Origin: a virus
Taxonomy: Duplodnaviria > Caudoviricetes
Direction: 5' to 3' (one strand)
Length of the DNA: 56,339 bases
Virus record (IMG/VR): IMGVR_UViG_3300037246_000311
Span: 1-56,339 of that record
The notes under the pieces are model-generated. The model made no database searches, had not been told where the DNA came from, and saw nothing but the letters and a program-made list of their open reading frames with translations. Shown piece after piece: positions 55,467-56,339 of this stretch. How positions within the stretch are numbered: position 1 is the stretch's first letter; every line of letters begins with the position of its first letter. Made by a program: the position numbers and the translations under genes.

Positions 55467-56339
55467 TGGTTACTTCCGCTATTTCGAGAATGGGCAAGTC
55501 GCCCGAAGAGGGGATCAAGGCGCCGGTCAAAACATCGACCACGACTAACATCACGCTGAAGGGTACCGGCCAGGTTCTCAACGGAGTGGTGACCAGCACC
55601 AAGGATCGTGTCCTGGTCAAGGACCAGACCGCGCCGAATGAGAACGGCACCTACAACGTGGGTCCGGATGCCTGGGAACGCACGACCGACATGAACGCTG
55701 CCGACGATCTCGAAGTCGGCATGCTGATTGTGGATTCCAACACCCAGGTCATTTACAGCATTTCGTTCACAGGACCCTGGTCACCAGGTATCACCGCTCT
55801 CAGCTTCAACGTGCTGATCGGCGCCATGCCTGGGCAGATCGTCCTGACCAACGCCAGTGCGGTTGACCTGGTCGATCACGATGTAGCCCTGGTTACCGGC
55901 GCACTGGATCCAAGCATCTCGCAGCACCTGGAGTACGACTTCCAGGCCATCCAATCCAAGAGCGATGACACCACCGCGGCACCGCTGTTCCTGAATCCGC
56001 TCGGCAGTTATACCCAGGGACCGCAGATCATCGCGGGTAACCCAGGCCTCGAGCAAGCCGGCATCACCATCGATGGCGTTCTCTACCAGAGCGCACTGAA
56101 GGCGTCAGATATTGGCGGCACGAATGTCGCGGCGGTCATCATCCATCGTCACTCGACAACCCTGCCGGCAATCCTGGTTGGCTCAAGAACGGCCACCGAT
56201 GACGACACCCATGCCATCGTCGCTGACAACGACACACTGCTGGCCATCATGGCCGTGGGTCATGACGGCACGGACTACAAGCAAGGTGCGCAGATCCGCT
56301 TCCAGGTCGATGGCACTCCTGGCGCTGGAGACATGCCTG
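54563..56339 (+). repeat. diverged terminal redundancy with 1..1753
   Basis: Offset 54586 (54562 upstream of a 24-nt indel); identity rises toward the end; 56213..56339 is identical to 1627..1753. Confidence 0.95.
55466..56339 (+). CDS. tail fibre protein 1, N-terminal part (second allele, truncated by the window end)
   Basis: MVTSAISRMGKSPEEG..., collinear with 880..1753. Confidence 0.9.
   Translation, partial: MVTSAISRMGKSPEEGIKAPVKTSTTTNITLKGTGQVLNGVVTSTKDRVLVKDQTAPNENGTYNVGPDAWERTTDMNAADDLEVGMLIVDSNTQVIYSISFTGPWSPGITALSFNVLIGAMPGQIVLTNASAVDLVDHDVALVTGALDPSISQHLEYDFQAIQSKSDDTTAAPLFLNPLGSYTQGPQIIAGNPGLEQAGITIDGVLYQSALKASDIGGTNVAAVIIHRHSTTLPAILVGSRTATDDDTHAIVADNDTLLAIMAVGHDGTDYKQGAQIRFQVDGTPGAGDMP

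Noticed and set aside
54563-56339. True direct terminal repeat, or DGR template/variable repeat pair
   Set aside because: Copies are diverged at all base types and include an indel; no reverse transcriptase; the exact 127-nt end points to an assembly overlap

Overview
The window is essentially one complete genome of a tailed dsDNA phage of a Gram-negative host (two-component spanins, autotransporter anchor). The circular unit is 54,586 bp (about 1627..56212). The last 127 nt repeat 1627..1753 exactly, and 1..1626 is a diverged second allele of 54563..56212, so the contig is most likely a two-strain assembly 'lollipop'. Leftward early arm (8220..17022): small hypothetical genes, ERF recombinase, YqaJ exonuclease and SSB, driven by repeated TTGCAW-N16-TATACT promoters. 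Rightward arm: Cro-like regulator, DUF1376 initiator with iterons, NinB, radical SAM, DUF1364, RusA and a SPOUT-like protein, then terminases and a podovirus module (portal, scaffold, capsid, tubular A and B, internal virion proteins, 2210-aa polyvalent protein), tail fibres, amidase and spanins. I found no integrase, CI, polymerase or tRNA by eye. Most notable: (1) a 184-aa protein at 24196..24750 with a Tat-like leader followed by short copies of conserved motifs from the tail collar, portal, capsid and terminase, a candidate decoy against pattern-recognition immunity; (2) two +1-frame genes with their own RBS nested in the linkers of the polyvalent protein; (3) a tandemly duplicated tail adaptor together with two paralogous fibre N-termini; (4) a mini YadA-type autotransporter and a collagen-like protein inserted among the internal virion genes. 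All family calls come from motif recognition by eye; no database search was run.
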